Below are positions 27,170 to 40,953 of a DNA stretch of 64,000 nt, piece after piece. The stretch spans positions 24,366,001 through 24,430,000 of the forward strand of contig OX597824.1 in assembly GCA_951406725.2 (NCBI GenBank), read 5' to 3'. Position numbers and translations under genes: made by a program. Below the pieces are notes generated by a model. The model made no database searches. It worked only from the letters and a program-made list of their open reading frames with translations, and had not been told where the DNA came from. This DNA comes from Octopus vulgaris (taxonomy: Eukaryota). Every line of letters begins with the position of its first letter. The first letter of the stretch is position 1.

Positions 27170-27526
27170 TTCTTTTACTTGTTTCAATCATTTGACTTCG
27201 GACATGCTAGAGCATGCCTTTAGTCGAGCAAATCGACCCCAGGACTTATTCGGTCTCTTTTCCCGAACCGCTAAGTTACGGGACGTAAACACACCAGCAT
27301 CGGTTGTCAAACGATGTTGGAGGGACAAACACAGACACACAAACATATACACACACATATATACATATATACGACGGGCTTCTTTCAGTTTCCGTCTACC
27401 AAATCCACTCACAAGGCTTTGGTCGGCTCGAGGCTATAGTAGAAGACACTTGCCCAAGGTGCCACGCAGTGGGGACTGAACCCAGAACCATGTGGGTCTG
27501 GGTTACCACACAGCCACTCCTGCGCC
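27170..27526 (-). mobile_element. SINE family A
   Basis: Family homology. Confidence 0.9.
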
Positions 27527-27814
27527 TCCACCACCATATGTGATGTGATGAGGTGAAGTTGTTGGTGAATTTGTGTTTTTATGTCTAAATTTACTTGTAA
27601 GAATATATCTAGAGGTGTATATACTCGTACGCAAACGCATGTTTGTGTGTGTATGTGCGTGTGTGTTTGTATGCGTGTGTGTTTACGCGCGGGTATTTGA
27701 AGAGATTTACTCGTACGCACATGCGCATTTTTATTCATGTAAGTAGATACCTAGTTGTATTTACCTTTCCCCTCATATACACACAATCGCACACACATAT
27801 ACGCATACATATAC

Positions 27815-28130
27815 TCTCTTTTACTCTTTTACTTGTTTCAGTCATATGACTGTGGCCATGCTGGAGCACCGCCTTTAGTCGAGCAAGTCGACCCCAGGAC
27901 TTATTCTTTGTAAGCCTAGTACTTATTCTATCGTTCTCTTTTACTTGTTTCAGTAATATGACTGTGGCCATGCTGGAGCACCGCCTTTAGTCGAGCAAAT
28001 CGATCCCAGGATTTATTCTTTGTAAGCCTAGTACTTATTCTATCGGTCTCTTTTGCCAAACCACTAAGTTACAGGGACGTAAATACACCAGCATCAATTG
28101 TCAAGCGATGTTGGGGGGACAAATACAAAC
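27815..28130 (-). mobile_element. SINE family A 3' half with ~113 bp tail duplicated
   Basis: CTCTTTTACTTGTTTCAGT...CTTATTCTATCG occurs twice in tandem. Confidence 0.9.
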
Positions 28131-28211
28131 ATATACATACATATATGTACACAGGCACATGCAAATGCACAATACACAGACACACACACATAAACATATA
28201 TACATAAATAA

Positions 28212-28265
<54 letters not shown>

Positions 28266-28268
28266 TTA

Positions 28269-28682
28269 AGGCGGCGAGCTGGCAGAAACGTTAGCATGCC
28301 GGGCGAAAGGCGTAGCCGTATTTCGTTTGCCATTACGGTGTGAGTTCAAATTTCGCCGAGGTCGACTTCGCCTTTCATCCCTTCGGGGTCGATAAATAAA
28401 GTATCAATTGCGCACTGGGGTCGATGTAATCGACTTGATCCCTTTGTCTGTCCTTGTTTGTCCCCTCTGTGTTTAGCCCCTTGTGGGTAATAAAGAAATA
28501 GGTAATTCACCTGCCGTTACGTTTTGAGTTCAAATTCCGCCGAGGTCGACTTCGCCTTTCATCCTTTCGGGAACGATGAATTAAGTACCAGTTGTGCACT
28601 GGAGTCGATATAATCGACTTGATCCCTTTGTCTGTCCTTGCTTGTCCCCTCTATGTTTAGCCCCTTGTGGGTAATAAAGAAA
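28269..28682 (+). mobile_element. SINE family M with duplicated body
   Basis: Same structure as 9617-10031. Confidence 0.9.
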
Positions 28683-28768
28683 TATATATATATATGTGTG
28701 TGTGCGTGTGTGTGTGTGTACTATCATACACAATACATAAGCATTTGTATATATTTGCATGTGTGCGT

Positions 28769-28813
<45 letters not shown>

Positions 28814-29894
28814 CATGTATGTATGTATGTATGTATATATGTATGTATGATGTATATATATATATATATATATATCATACATACATACATACATACATAT
28901 ATACATACATACATACATACATACATACATACATACATACACATGCACAGACATATGCACAGGCACACACGCATACACAAACACACACACACACCAACAC
29001 ACACATACACACACTCGGCTATGCATGTGTTGCTCTGTGTCTAACTGTGACGCCATAGCTGCAAGCGACTCTCTCTCACCGTCATTATGTATTGTGTACA
29101 TAACGTGTGCTTATACGTTTATACGTGTATACATGTGTGCGTATATGTGTTTAGGTACGCTTGTGTGTGTGTGTGTGTGTATGCGATGTGATGTGTATGT
29201 ATACGGAGTATGTATGTGCCTGTGTGGAGAGAAGAAACCCCCCCACCAAAAAAAAAAAACCCAGCAAGATAAACTACTACCATTGAAGAAAAGAGGGTCA
29301 TTCAGCCTTCGTAAAGAACCTAATTTTCATTGAGACTGGGAGGAGGAGGCGGTATTGGGTTCGGTTGATAAAGACGAAGAGGAGGGGGAGGGGGAGGGGG
29401 AAGGAATAGGAGGAGGGGGAGGAGGAGGGGGAGGTTGGTTGATGTTAGAGATCTAGGTCTAACTTATCATCTTACAGTTGGCGTGTGCCAGTCTCTCGAT
29501 GGCATTTTTCATCCTCCGTCTTCGTAACGAGGGTGGAAGTACGAGGATGTAGGGGTGGGGGGTGGGGGGTGAAAAAAGATATCAGAGAGAAAAGGGGACG
29601 ATGTATAACATTGGCGTGTGTAGATTATAAATATACATGTGTGTGTCTATGTGTGTGTGTGTGCCTCTGTGTGTGTGTATGTGTTCTTGTGTGTCCTCCT
29701 TTTTTAGTAGAACGAAGGGATGGTGCGCTTCGGTGCTTGGAAGGTCTGGGGGGCTGAGACACACATAAAGGCATTAAATCTTAAGATACGCATTCCAACA
29801 CTACTAAACCGTCTGAATGTTTGTCTGTCTTGGTCGCTCCCTCCTTCAATCTCCCGCCTTCCATTTCTCTCGCTCCCTCTCTCTCCCTCTCCCT

Positions 29895-29956
<62 letters not shown>

Positions 29957-30194
29957 TACATAATCTTTTGTTTTATTTTATTTTATTTCCCTTGTTTTCA
30001 TATGTTGGCCTGCGGCCAAACTGGGGCGCCGCCTTGAAAGGTTTTTAAGTCAAACAAATTGAACCCTGTACTTTATAAAGTCTGGTACTTATTCTATGGG
30101 TCACTAAGTAACGGAGATGTAAACAAACCAACACCGATTGCTAAATGTGAGGAGGGAGACAAACACAACCACAAAGATACACACACACACATAC

Positions 30195-30244
<50 letters not shown>

Positions 30245-30286
30245 TTGTATGTATATAGATAGATAGATAGATAGATAGATAGCTAC

Positions 30287-30441
<155 letters not shown>

Positions 30442-30478
30442 CATAGATACATAGATACATAGATACATAGATAGATAA

Positions 30479-30538
<60 letters not shown>

Positions 30539-30739
30539 CTACATAGATATAGATATATTAATATAATGATATATATATATATATATTTATACACATATAT
30601 ATGTGTGTATATATATGTGTGTGTATATATATGTGTGTATATAATAAATTAATAAATAAAATAAAACATGCATATATACATACATATATGTACGTACCTA
30701 CCTCTCATGTATATATACATGTATATATACATGCATATA

Positions 30740-30892
30740 TGGATACAGGACACCGAAAAAACGTCGAACACAATGAGAAACGAAAACGTAAACACAAAAC
30801 CAAGGAAATGGACATTTTTCTTAAACAACGAAAAAATAGAGTACAGGACATACAATACAAGGAAAATTCCCCTTCTTCAGTCGCCTTTGTTT

Positions 30893-30897
<5 letters not shown>
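30740..30897. mobile_element. Interspersed fragment (family F), probably Penelope-like terminal sequence
   Basis: Shares blocks with 46572-46915, 55150-55460 and 59690-59780; flanked by (TA)n-type repeats. Confidence 0.45.
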
Positions 30898-30937
<40 letters not shown>

Positions 30938-30940
<3 letters not shown>

Positions 30941-31273
30941 CCTTAAATCCTTAAAAATGTTTTAGCCCGAAGGCCGCGGCCATGCTGGGGCACCACCGCT
31001 GAATGAGCTACACTAGTTTGTGAATCCACCCCTGATACGTGGCACTTGATCAACAAGGGAGTTCGATGCTGCTGCCCGCATCCGTGTCTCCTGTCGTGAG
31101 GTAGGTTCATCTGGGACTCCCAACAAGAAGAGATCCAGTTTAGTTTTAAAGAAACCCACATCCATACCATGTAAGTCTCTCAGGCATTTAGGGAGGATGT
31201 TAAAGAGCTGTGGTCCTCTGAAACCCAAGCTGTTGCAGTATCTGGACCTGTATTTTGATGGTGATGTTGGAAT

Positions 31274-31278
<5 letters not shown>
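30938..31278 (-). pseudogene. CR1/L2-type LINE 3' end with intact ORF terminus and (AAGGATTT)n tail
   Basis: Minus strand RYCNSLGFRGPQLFNILPKCLRDL....FKTKLDLFL..VPDEP...RAAASNSLVDQ-stop; 3' UTR GGTGCCCCAGCATGGCCGCGG. Clade assignment is tentative. Confidence 0.8.
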
Positions 31279-31333
<55 letters not shown>

Positions 31334-31763
31334 TATGCGCCTTTTTCAAGCCTAGCCAGGCTCATGGGCTCGGTTTCCCGCTTTCTGTAGCTTCTCCATC
31401 ATAGTCAATCCAGCGCACCACTGTCTCTGATTATATACATATCTGTTTATCTTTTACTCGCTCCCTATATATCTATTACTGTGTATTGTACTTGTGTTTA
31501 TATGAGTGTTTGTGTTAGCGTACATATTTATGTATGTGTGTATGCATGATGCCTGTATTTTTGTATGCATTATGTATTCTTATATGTGTGTGTGTGCGCG
31601 CGCGTTTTGAAAATTTAGCGAAAATAATTCTATCATGCATAACATTTTAACAAAGTGCTCGAAAAAATTACATGAATTCACATTTCGTGCATTGATGTTC
31701 AGATAAACTTGTGAGTGGAATTGGTAGACGAAAACTGAAAGAAGCCCGTCGTGTATATATATT

Positions 31764-31828
<65 letters not shown>

Positions 31829-31973
31829 ATGTATATGTTTGTCTCTGTTTCCCCCCCCCCCAACATCGCTTGACAACCGATGCTGGTGTGTTTACGTCCC
31901 CGTAACTTAGCTGTTCGGCACGAGCGACCGATAGAGTAAGTAATAGGCTTACAAAGAATAATGTACGTTATTT

Positions 31974-32057
31974 ACATTCGACGGATATTTGTCCTCATCC
32001 TGTTTGTTCTTAACACAACGTTTCGGCTGATATACCCTCCAGCCTTCATCAGGTGTC
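31974..32057 (-). ncRNA. Hammerhead ribozyme motif in a Penelope-like fragment
   Basis: Minus strand CTGATGA-A-GGCTG-loop-CAGCC-GAAACG...CGTC with a long loop 3. Stem I pairing is weak (ACAC/GAATGT). Confidence 0.65.
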
Positions 32058-32157
32058 TTGGGGAAATTTCGAACCTGGGTTCTCATTCCTAAGGTATTTT
32101 TCGATGAGAGAGAGAGAGTGAGAGAGAGAGGGGGGTGAGTATTGACATTTGTATATA

Positions 32158-32361
32158 CGAGGTTTCTGGCCCTGGGTGAAAGAAAATAATGGAGGGCCAG
32201 TAAATTATGATTTCATCCAACTTAATCTCCTCTCAGATTCACACACTTATTGCGGTGGTCCTTCAGTTTTTCTAAGCCTTGTTAAAGAACTCGGAAGGTT
32301 CGGCCTCCAACCAGGCCTTTCGTGACACCCTTTAAGACAGGAACTTTTGTGCACCCCCTCG
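32158..32361 (-). mobile_element. Internally deleted mariner-family element
   Basis: TA-CGAGG...CCCCTCG ends; minus-strand residual KLKDHRNKCVNLRGD*V matches the mariner transposase C-terminal motif KC...GDYVE. Confidence 0.75.
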
Positions 32362-32521
32362 TGTGTATTAGTAATTATACGTATAAGTTGAAGTGGATAA
32401 ATTCATTTATGTTTATAAAGTTAGCCGCAGTGAGAAAGACATACCGAAAAGTATAAATCAGTAAATATGCACGAAAAATACAGATGGAATGTGGCATTAA
32501 AGAAGGTGTATAGTCTCACAT

Positions 32522-32825
32522 GTGGAGGCACATGGCCTAGTGGTTAGAGCAGCGGACTCGCGGTCGAGGGATCGCGGGTTCGAATCTCAAACCTGGTGGT
32601 GTGTGTATTTATGAGCGAAACACCTAAGCTCCACGCGGCTCTGGCAGAAGGTAATGGCGAACTTCTGCTGACTCTTTCGCCACAACTTTTTCTCACCCTT
32701 TCCTCCTGCATCTTGCAGCTCCCTCACGACGGACCGGCGTCCCGTCCAGGTGGGGAACCTATACACCAAGCAAAGCGGGAAACCGGCCCTTATGAGCTAG
32801 GCGTGGCTCGAGAAGGAACAAACAA
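32522..32825 (+). mobile_element. tRNA-derived SINE (family G)
   Basis: A-box TGGCCTAGTGG, B-box GGTTCGAATC; head shared with 33429; tail also at 31338-31390 on the minus strand. Confidence 0.85.
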
Positions 32826-33305
32826 TAGTGTCACATAGAAACAATGTATAGATAGTTAGTTATAAAGGGGATAGATGAAAGAAACATTTCACAGGAAATT
32901 ATTTCATTTTTGCTTTGTCTCGAGGGGGCCATTGTCTCAATAATATATAAATTAATCGAACGATTAATCAAACAATCAATTTGTTAAATGGTTAAATAGT
33001 TAACCAATTGACTAATAATGATATCAGGAGGGGAAACAGTGCCAGCGTGATTGTTTATTGTTGGCATTAACTAATGACTAAGCTCAAAGAGCGAGGAATT
33101 CGTATTTCGTAACGCCACCAATGCTACTAGACGTGTTTTGTCTACTCCTGTTATATGTTTGCTTATTATTAAAAAATACTACGTCTATAAGAAATGCTTT
33201 CTTGAGAGGAATACCGCAGATTAGAAGGCTTTCAACAATATATCTCCTATAAGTATACAGATTTCAATTTTGAACTAATACCACTTCTATCGCTCATAAC
33301 AAATT

Positions 33306-33346
<41 letters not shown>

Positions 33347-33428
33347 ACATACATACATACATACATACATACATACATACATACATACATACATACATAC
33401 ATACATACATACATACATACATACATAC

Positions 33429-33812
33429 GTGGAGGCGCAATAGCCCAGTGGTTAGGGCAGTGGAATCGCAGTCGTAGGATCGCGATTTCGATTCCCAGAC
33501 CGGGCGTTGTGAGTGTTTATTGAGCGAAAACACCTAAAGCTCCACGAAGCTCCGGCAGGGGATGGTGGTGATCCCTGCTGTACTCTTTCACCACAACTTT
33601 CTCTCACTCTTACTTCCTGTTTCTGTTGTACCTGTATTTCAAAGGGCCGGCCTTTTCACTCTCTGTGTCACGCTGAATCTCCATGAGAACTGCATTAAGG
33701 GTACACGTGTCTGTGGAGTGCTCAGCCACTTACACGTTAATTTCACGTGCAGGCTGTTCCGTTGATTCGGATCAACCGGAACCCTCATCGTCGTAACCGA
33801 CGGAGTGCTTCC
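33429..33812 (+). mobile_element. tRNA-derived SINE, family G head with family D tail
   Basis: Inserted within (CATA)n; tail matches 10860-11040. Confidence 0.85.
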
Positions 33813-33825
33813 ATACATACATACA

Positions 33826-33893
<68 letters not shown>

Positions 33894-33916
33894 ATATATA
33901 TATTATATATATATAT

Positions 33917-33957
<41 letters not shown>

Positions 33958-34718
33958 TCTTGTTCTTTGTTCTTTTTCTTTTACTTGTTTCAGTAATTTT
34001 GACTGCGGCCATGCTGGAGCACCGCTTTTTAGTCGAACAAAAAAAAACAGGACTTATTCAATATATATATATTGGAACATTTGCTCTTGAGGTACATCCC
34101 ATAATGCCTTGAATTATAGCATCTAAATTTTCGTTGCAAAATTCACTTATAAGATCCGGAGCTATCGTTCAAAAGACATTAGCACATGGTGCCAATCAGT
34201 AGGACCGAACCTGGAATAACTGAACCAATACCATACCACGGGGATATTTTTGATTTTTGTTGTGTTTTCTTTGTTTGTTTGTTTTTTTTCTATTTACCAA
34301 TTGCTTGAATGATATTAATTGTTTGAAGTTTTGTCGACACACTATATTACATATGCGAAACCCTTGTGTATGTGAAAACTAATCGATTGCTCTGTAGCCG
34401 GCTTTATTGTGAAGGTCAAACGATGATGCCTGATTGATGTAAATAATTACAAGGGAATTATGGGTAATAGAAACACACCCATTAAAAGTTAATTAGCTAT
34501 TAGGTGTATAAGAGTGATCGGACTTTAAGTACGTTTTCCCTGTATAAACTATATAAATGCATCTGCATATAGGTGCATATACATACAAGTACATGCATAA
34601 GTAGTTAGCACACACAAATTGCATATACACATGTGTATATATAAATACATATGTGTATATATATATGTATATATGTGTGTGTATGTATATATACATATAT
34701 ATATATACACACACACAC

Positions 34719-34827
<109 letters not shown>

Positions 34828-35434
34828 TATATATATATATGTATGTATTGTATGTATGTATGTGTATATATATATATGTGTGCCTGTGTACACATACATA
34901 TATGCGTATATGTATATATATATATATAAATGGCTGTGTATACATATATGCCTATAAGTGTATATGTGTGTGTATACACGTATGTATGTAGATATATATG
35001 TATATGTACACACACATACATATCTATATAAGTATATAATTATATATATATATACATCCATATACGTATTTACATACTTATATATGTATGCATGCGTATA
35101 TATATTTGTACGTGTGTGTGTGTGTGCGTATGTATGTTTGCATGTAAGTATGCATATATGTTTACATGCCCACACACAAGCACACGCATAAGTACACACA
35201 CACACACACACATATACATGCATATATGTGTGTGTGTATGCATGTATATATAAACATATATCCATATATATACAAAAGAAGAGACACAAGCATGTGCGCA
35301 TGCGTCTCAGTGTATACGCACACAATCACGCGCGCCACAAAATGTAAACATTACACCCGACTCTCTGAACGCCCAAACGCATCAAGTTATATAAATATTT
35401 GAGCCTGTTTAAGCATTCATCTGTATAAATGGTA

Positions 35435-35514
<80 letters not shown>

Positions 35515-35532
35515 TGTGTGTGTATGTGTGTC

Positions 35533-35563
<31 letters not shown>

Positions 35564-35673
35564 GTGTGTCTGTGTGTGTGTGTGCGTGTGTGCGTGTGTG
35601 AGTGTGTGTGTGTGTGCGTGTGTCTGTCTGTGTGTGTGTGAGCGTGTGTGTGTCTGTGTGTGTGTGTGTGTCT

Positions 35674-35756
<83 letters not shown>
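35435..35756. repeat. Long (TG)n array
   Basis: Directly visible. Confidence 0.97.
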
Positions 35757-35758
<2 letters not shown>

Positions 35759-36405
35759 TATGTAAGTGTACTAGTAAGTCATGAAGACGTGTAGTATAGG
35801 GTAAAACGGTAGTTTCTGCTTCTAAGGTATCCATCTTTGTTCGCCGTAACCATGTCAACCGCTATGCAAAATTTAAAAAAACAAAAAAGGGAGAGAGAAA
35901 AATGATTAAGGGTGCGGGAGACATAAATCAACAGAAGGGTTGGGGAGAAGTATGGGTAGAAGCATGGGGGATAAGGGTAGCGGGTGAGATGCACGGCGAG
36001 GAGGGGCGGTGTTCATTGAATGCTGAACAGTAGCCCCCCCCCCATCGCACGCAACTTCCTCATGTAAACTAGGACTTGTTGAAATTCCGCCCGTTCTTCC
36101 TCACTTTCCTTATATGTAGCTTATAGGCAGCCCCATTTAAGGGAAAACCGTGCTTTAAAAATGGATTGATACCACGTGGTGGGGAACCTAATTTTTAAAT
36201 AGAAATTTGTGTAGGGTTTGGTGGGGTGCGCGGGGTTGTAGTTACGCCCGAAGACTCGTAGGAATTTCTCAATTAGAATTCATACGAGTATGAAGAGTTG
36301 CAGTGGTTGGCGTAGAGCTTCGAGAGCCGAAGAGTAAAGAATGCAGTTTAAAGGAATATATATACATGCTTATCATCGTCATCTATTGAGTCCCTTCTCT
36401 CTTTT

Positions 36406-36437
<32 letters not shown>

Positions 36438-36718
36438 ACTTTCTTCCTCTCCCTTTCTCCCTCTCTTTCTCTCTCGCTCATTCTCTCTCACTCGCTTTCT
36501 CCCTCTCTCGCTCATTTTCTCTCTCTCTCGCTCTCCTTTCTCTTTCTCTTTCTCACTCACTCTCTCTCTCTTTCTTTCTCTCTCTATCTCTTTTTCTCAC
36601 TCTCTCTCATTCGCTCTCTCTCTCTCTCTTTCTCTCTGTCCATCTCTATTTCTCATTCTCTCTTTCTTTCTCACTCTTTCTCGCTCTCTCTAACTCTCTC
36701 TCATTCGCGCTCTCTACT

Positions 36719-36806
<88 letters not shown>

Positions 36807-37115
36807 TATAAAATTATATGTGTGTGTGTATGTTTACGTCTGTATATGTATCTGTGTGTGTGTGCGTGTGTGTGTGTGTGTGTCTGTGTATGTGTTTGTG
36901 TGTGTGTGTGTGTGTGTGTATAGCTAAATAATATTCGAATAAATTTCTTGTAGAATGCTATGCAAAGTCCGTCCACAGTTATTGGCTACCTGATGTCAAT
37001 ATACAGTGGAAATGCTCCTGTTACCGGACATATATCAGGAATCCCATTGTAACAGTAAGAGCTTATATAAATAGATGAATGACAGAAAATGGACCGAACT
37101 TCATCCTTTATTTAA

Positions 37116-37223
37116 AATCACTACAATTGTTTCGACACATTATTATACCTGTATTACACTGGTGAGATGTTGTGTAATCATTATCAAACACAGAAGGTGT
37201 AAAATGCACCTCCTCAAGTGATT
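37116..37223 (-). ncRNA. Type I hammerhead ribozyme variant (C3U)
   Basis: Minus strand: stem I AATCAC/GTGATT; core TTGAGGA; stem II GGTGCAT/ATGTGTC with long insert; GAAA-C-AATT-G-TA. Confidence 0.65.
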
Positions 37224-37456
37224 GTTTAAATAAGTCTTTCATTTAATCATAACCAAAGTGATGTGGCATTTTCAGCTGTATACAGACAAAGCTAAACCCA
37301 CGAAGTACAATTATAAGCAAAATATACAAAATACAGAAATAGAAAAATTAGACAAAAAATGGACCGACCATGTAGACTATAAATTACACACATTCATATG
37401 TATGAATGTGTGTGTGTGTGTGTGTGTGTGCGTGTGTGCATGTGTGTGTGAGAGAG

Positions 37457-37524
<68 letters not shown>

Positions 37525-37624
37525 GGTGTGAAATTGTTATAATACTTTGGATGATAATTTCGTTTGTTCCGTCTGTTGTGCTTCTATATAAGTTTTAAAC
37601 ATATACGTAAATATATATGGCGTT

Positions 37625-37940
37625 TAGTCAACTAATCCAGAAACAGGCTTGTCCTCGGGTGATCTCATATGGATGTGATCTTTCGTTGTTTTTCCCTTAT
37701 ACCTATGTGAGTTATTTCTGAGTATGCATTGTCTGGGAGACTTTTCTTGCAGTAGAAGAAATAGCCAAATTTTTGGCTGCTATTTCTAAAAAGCTCGGTA
37801 TGTGGTAAAGTAAATTATTTTACTTTACCCTATTTTTATAAAGTAATATTTCAAATATACCGTAAATGGTCGTTTTACATATCGAACACTGCTCGGTCGA
37901 ATTAATGAATAATTAATTAATTTTACCCTATGTTATTGAC

Positions 37941-37945
<5 letters not shown>
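37625..37945 (+). mobile_element. Diverged solo relative of the 557 bp HHR repeat unit
   Basis: Colinear with the reverse complement of the unit: ACTAATCCAGAAAC..GTC, ATACCTATGTGAGTT, GCTGCTATTTCTAA, GTATGTGGTAAAGTAA, AATAATTAATTAATTTTACCCT then (TA)n. Confidence 0.8.
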
Positions 37946-38011
<66 letters not shown>

Positions 38012-38096
38012 ATATATGTGTGTGTGTGTGTAGTAGAGTATTGTAGTACTGTAGTTTGCTTGAAGCATTGTGTGTTGTTTGTAAAGAATTATAATG

Positions 38097-38234
38097 TTTT
38101 GAATGGTACAACAATGCACTATAATACAGACAATGGGGTATATACCTGTTGTAATATCAGACTATGGATGACTAAATTACAACAGGTATATAGCCCATTG
38201 TCTGTATTATAGTGCATTGTTGTACCATTCAAAA
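38097..38234. repeat. Hairpin with 59 bp arms and 20 nt loop; third copy at ~38815-38925
   Basis: 38097-38155 is the reverse complement of 38176-38234 with one mismatch. Confidence 0.95.
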
Positions 38235-38256
38235 TTTTATTGTTTATATATATATA

Positions 38257-38317
<61 letters not shown>

Positions 38318-38342
38318 ATAATAATAATAATAATAATAATAA

Positions 38343-38404
<62 letters not shown>

Positions 38405-38640
38405 TGACAACAAAAGAATGAACGAGGCCTTGGTATTATGTACTTAGAGGAATTTATCTATCTATTTATCTCGCGAATAACCAGCCGAAATTGCAATGAT
38501 AATCTGGAACTCGACTGAGGATAGAAAACTCCGAATGACCCGTCCTTGTTTTCTTTGTATCATCTGTCTGGATGTTGTGTTGTGCCTTTTTTTATCACCT
38601 AACCGTCTAGATGTTTTGCGTTCTTGTCACATTTTTGTAT

Positions 38641-38688
<48 letters not shown>

Positions 38689-38990
38689 AAGGACGTGGCG
38701 CCTATGGAGGCAAGGTAGGTGGTGTCTACCTTGAATAAGATTGATCGACAGCAGCATTTTACTTTTATGGCAAACTATGCTCTTAGTTCAATAAAATTAT
38801 GAAGGTTTCACTGAAAGTATTGTAGTTCGCTTGAAGCATTGCGTATTGTTTGTAAAGAATAAAAAAGTTTTGAATGGTACAACAATGCACTATAATACAG
38901 ACAATGGGCTATATACCTGTTGTTACACTGATTATTATGCATGAAATGCAAAGTTTTCCATTTCTTTGTAGATTAGGTAAGCATAATTCG

Positions 38991-39212
38991 CACGTGCCTT
39001 TCAATCTCAGTCTTTAAGATACGCATTGTTCTGCTGTATTACACGTGCTGTGTACACTCCTACGACACCGTTTTTTTTTTTCACGTGCTATAAAGCGAGA
39101 AGTAAATCTACCTTCAACTCAGTCGCACGCCTGCGTTTCGCCTGTTTTTTTCTGTCTTTTACTACATAAAGGTCACCAAGTGCCTACCCTGAGTAAATAT
39201 TGATGGCACGTG
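38991..39212. promoter_or_regulatory. Cluster of four CACGTG E-boxes with an adjacent TATAAA
   Basis: CACGTG at 38991, 39042, 39082 and 39207; TATAAA at 39089. Confidence 0.4.
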
Positions 39213-39220
39213 CCTGATAC

Positions 39221-39345
<125 letters not shown>

Positions 39346-39388
39346 TATATTCGTTTATTCTTTTAGTCATTTGATTGCGGCCATGTTG

Positions 39389-39422
<34 letters not shown>

Positions 39423-39786
39423 ATAAATACACATACACACAAGAAACTTGCACGTAGTTTCCGTCAATTTAATTGACTCCCGAGGCTTTAGTCGGCCCTG
39501 GGTTATAGTAAAAGACACTTGCCCATGCTGCCACGCAGGAGAACTGAACCAGAAACATCATGGTTACAAAGTGAGCTCCGTTACCACACACCCATGTCTG
39601 CTCCTTGCCAAACAACATACATACATACATACATACATACATACAAATTGACTTTAAACTGTGTTTCGTAATACTGATAATCCCTTAATTCTTTAATCGG
39701 ATAATCCGTTCTACCTCAGTAAAATTTAAACTGAAACTGTTACGTGAAATATTATTACAATCTCATCAACTGCTGTGTGTCAGTAT

Positions 39787-39893
<107 letters not shown>

Positions 39894-39922
39894 GATATAT
39901 ATGTATGTGTGCATGTGCGTGT

Positions 39923-39972
<50 letters not shown>

Positions 39973-40317
39973 ACATATACATATACATACATACATACAT
40001 ACAAAGTTTTAAGGTTGTATTTGCAACAGTGAGTAGTCTTTGCAGTGGAAACACGTATAGAACATTATAATAAATTTTATGAATGTACAAATCTCCATAC
40101 TCTTTATTATTATTATCAATATTAATATACACTCCAGACAATTCTTACTGTCCAGCGAAGAGAACACGGAATTACCCATCGACAAGAATTCGCGGAGTGA
40201 TTAACAACTAAATGTAGTCACAGACGTTAAATACTGATCGTTGAGGTTAGCCGTTAACGGGAACTTAACTGAGAGCGAGTACGTTATCTACCCGGATAAT
40301 ATATCCTTCCAAACTCC

Positions 40318-40376
<59 letters not shown>

Positions 40377-40423
40377 TATATATACATTTATAGCCATATA
40401 TATATATATACATAATTGATCAA

Positions 40424-40455
<32 letters not shown>

Positions 40456-40472
40456 CACTTATACATATACAT

Positions 40473-40510
<38 letters not shown>

Positions 40511-40513
40511 TTA

Positions 40514-40559
<46 letters not shown>

Positions 40560-40582
40560 TCAAAACTTATATATATATATCA

Positions 40583-40654
<72 letters not shown>

Positions 40655-40901
40655 CAACAATTGAGGGTAAAATTAATTAATTATTAATATACATATAAAG
40701 GGACCATAGGCGAATATATATTATATATGCTTATAAAATAAATACTTTGCCACATACTGAACTCATTAGAAATAGCAGCTAAAGAAATTTCTTCAGCTAT
40801 TTCTAATACTTAAAGAAGATCTCTCTCAGATAGTGTTTGCCTAAACCAACTCACAAAGGTATGGGGGAAAAAACATTAAAAAATCAAGTGCAAAGGTTAT
40901 T

Positions 40902-40953
40902 TGAGAACGTACGTTTCTAGATTAGTCAATTCGACATTTCTTTCGTCAGCTCA
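40902..40953 (-). ncRNA. Minimal type I hammerhead ribozyme, unit 1
   Basis: TGAG-CTGACGA-stem II-GAAA-C-GTAC-G-TT-CTCA; palindromic loop 3; A.A at the base of stem II and a GUU triplet are non-optimal. Confidence 0.7.

Noticed and set aside
32522-32595. Possible tRNA genes at SINE heads (also 33429, 13709, 45530, 61370)
   Set aside because: Acceptor stems do not close and each continues into a SINE body.
38510-38550. HHR-like CTGAGGA...CGAATG..GTC
   Set aside because: GAAA core broken and stems not convincing.
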